The position numbers were made by a program, and so were the translations under genes. Below are positions 63,906-64,000 of a DNA stretch of 64,000 nucleotides, in pieces (within the stretch, counting starts at the first letter, position 1; every line of letters starts with the position of its first letter). The stretch is from positions 13,088 to 77,087 of the IMG/VR virus record IMGVR_UViG_3300017781_004450; one strand, written 5' to 3'. This stretch comes from a virus. The notes under the pieces are model-generated. The model searched no databases. It was not told where the DNA came from and saw only the letters and a program-made list of their open reading frames with translations.

Positions 63906-64000
63906 TTATTTTGCTATAAGTTTTACATCCCATGCCAAAATAGTTCTACTTCCTTGGCCTTTCCACGGATAAACTGTGTGTGGAATATAACTTGGAAATA
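63906..64000 (-). CDS. C-terminus of a putative 2OG-Fe(II) oxygenase (partial)
   Basis: Manual translation ...FPSYIPHTVYPWKGQGSRTILAWDVKLIAK*, a typical FPS.L.H.V.P.....R C-terminal motif. Confidence 0.65.
   Translation of the reverse strand, partial: FPSYIPHTVYPWKGQGSRTILAWDVKLIAK

Noticed and set aside
1-64000. Eukaryotic giant virus or poxvirus origin (TAAAT near ATG, RFC, PMM, AOX, P4H)
   Set aside because: SD sites, sigma70 promoters, coupled operons, GroES, RpoZ, KdsA and T4-like baseplate motifs indicate a bacteriophage.
1-64000. tRNA/rRNA genes, introns, inteins, transposases or stop-codon recoding
   Set aside because: None recognised by eye. Genes are full length in the standard code and almost no unexplained intergenic space remains. 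A tRNAscan/Infernal run would be needed to exclude small RNAs.

Overview
A gene-dense, AT-rich segment of a large T4-like/jumbo bacteriophage genome, probably aquatic with a proteobacterial host (inference). Supporting signs: baseplate and tail-fibre genes, an RFC/gp44-type clamp loader, GroES, ThyX, Shine-Dalgarno sites, host sigma70 promoters and T4-late-like TAAATA boxes. Layout: 1-3.9 kb replication and chaperone genes, including a stand-alone DnaE fragment. 3.9-16.8 kb baseplate and tail fibres. 17-28.9 kb auxiliary genes (IscU, IscS, IscA, SOD, UvsE, PMM-like HAD, glycosyltransferase, KdsA, QueD, ThyX, Hc1-like). 29-60 kb a ~31 kb island of tailoring enzymes (11 radical SAM, ~10 2OG-Fe(II)/cupin oxygenases, amidinotransferase, PLP enzyme, QueC-like ATPase, methyltransferase, SDRs, kinase-like and GT-like proteins, alternative oxidase). 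60-64 kb another tail fibre, more oxygenases and an RNA polymerase omega homolog. Three signals stand out. (i) The enzyme island itself, with Fe-S supply and oxygen-protection genes nearby. (ii) A strict TAA(A/G)TA-N5-ATG arrangement implying leaderless late mRNAs, often from tiny back-to-back divergent promoter cassettes. (iii) A preQ1-I-like pseudoknot overlapping a 19-codon leaderless uORF in front of queD. All calls come from reading motifs by eye; no database searches were run.
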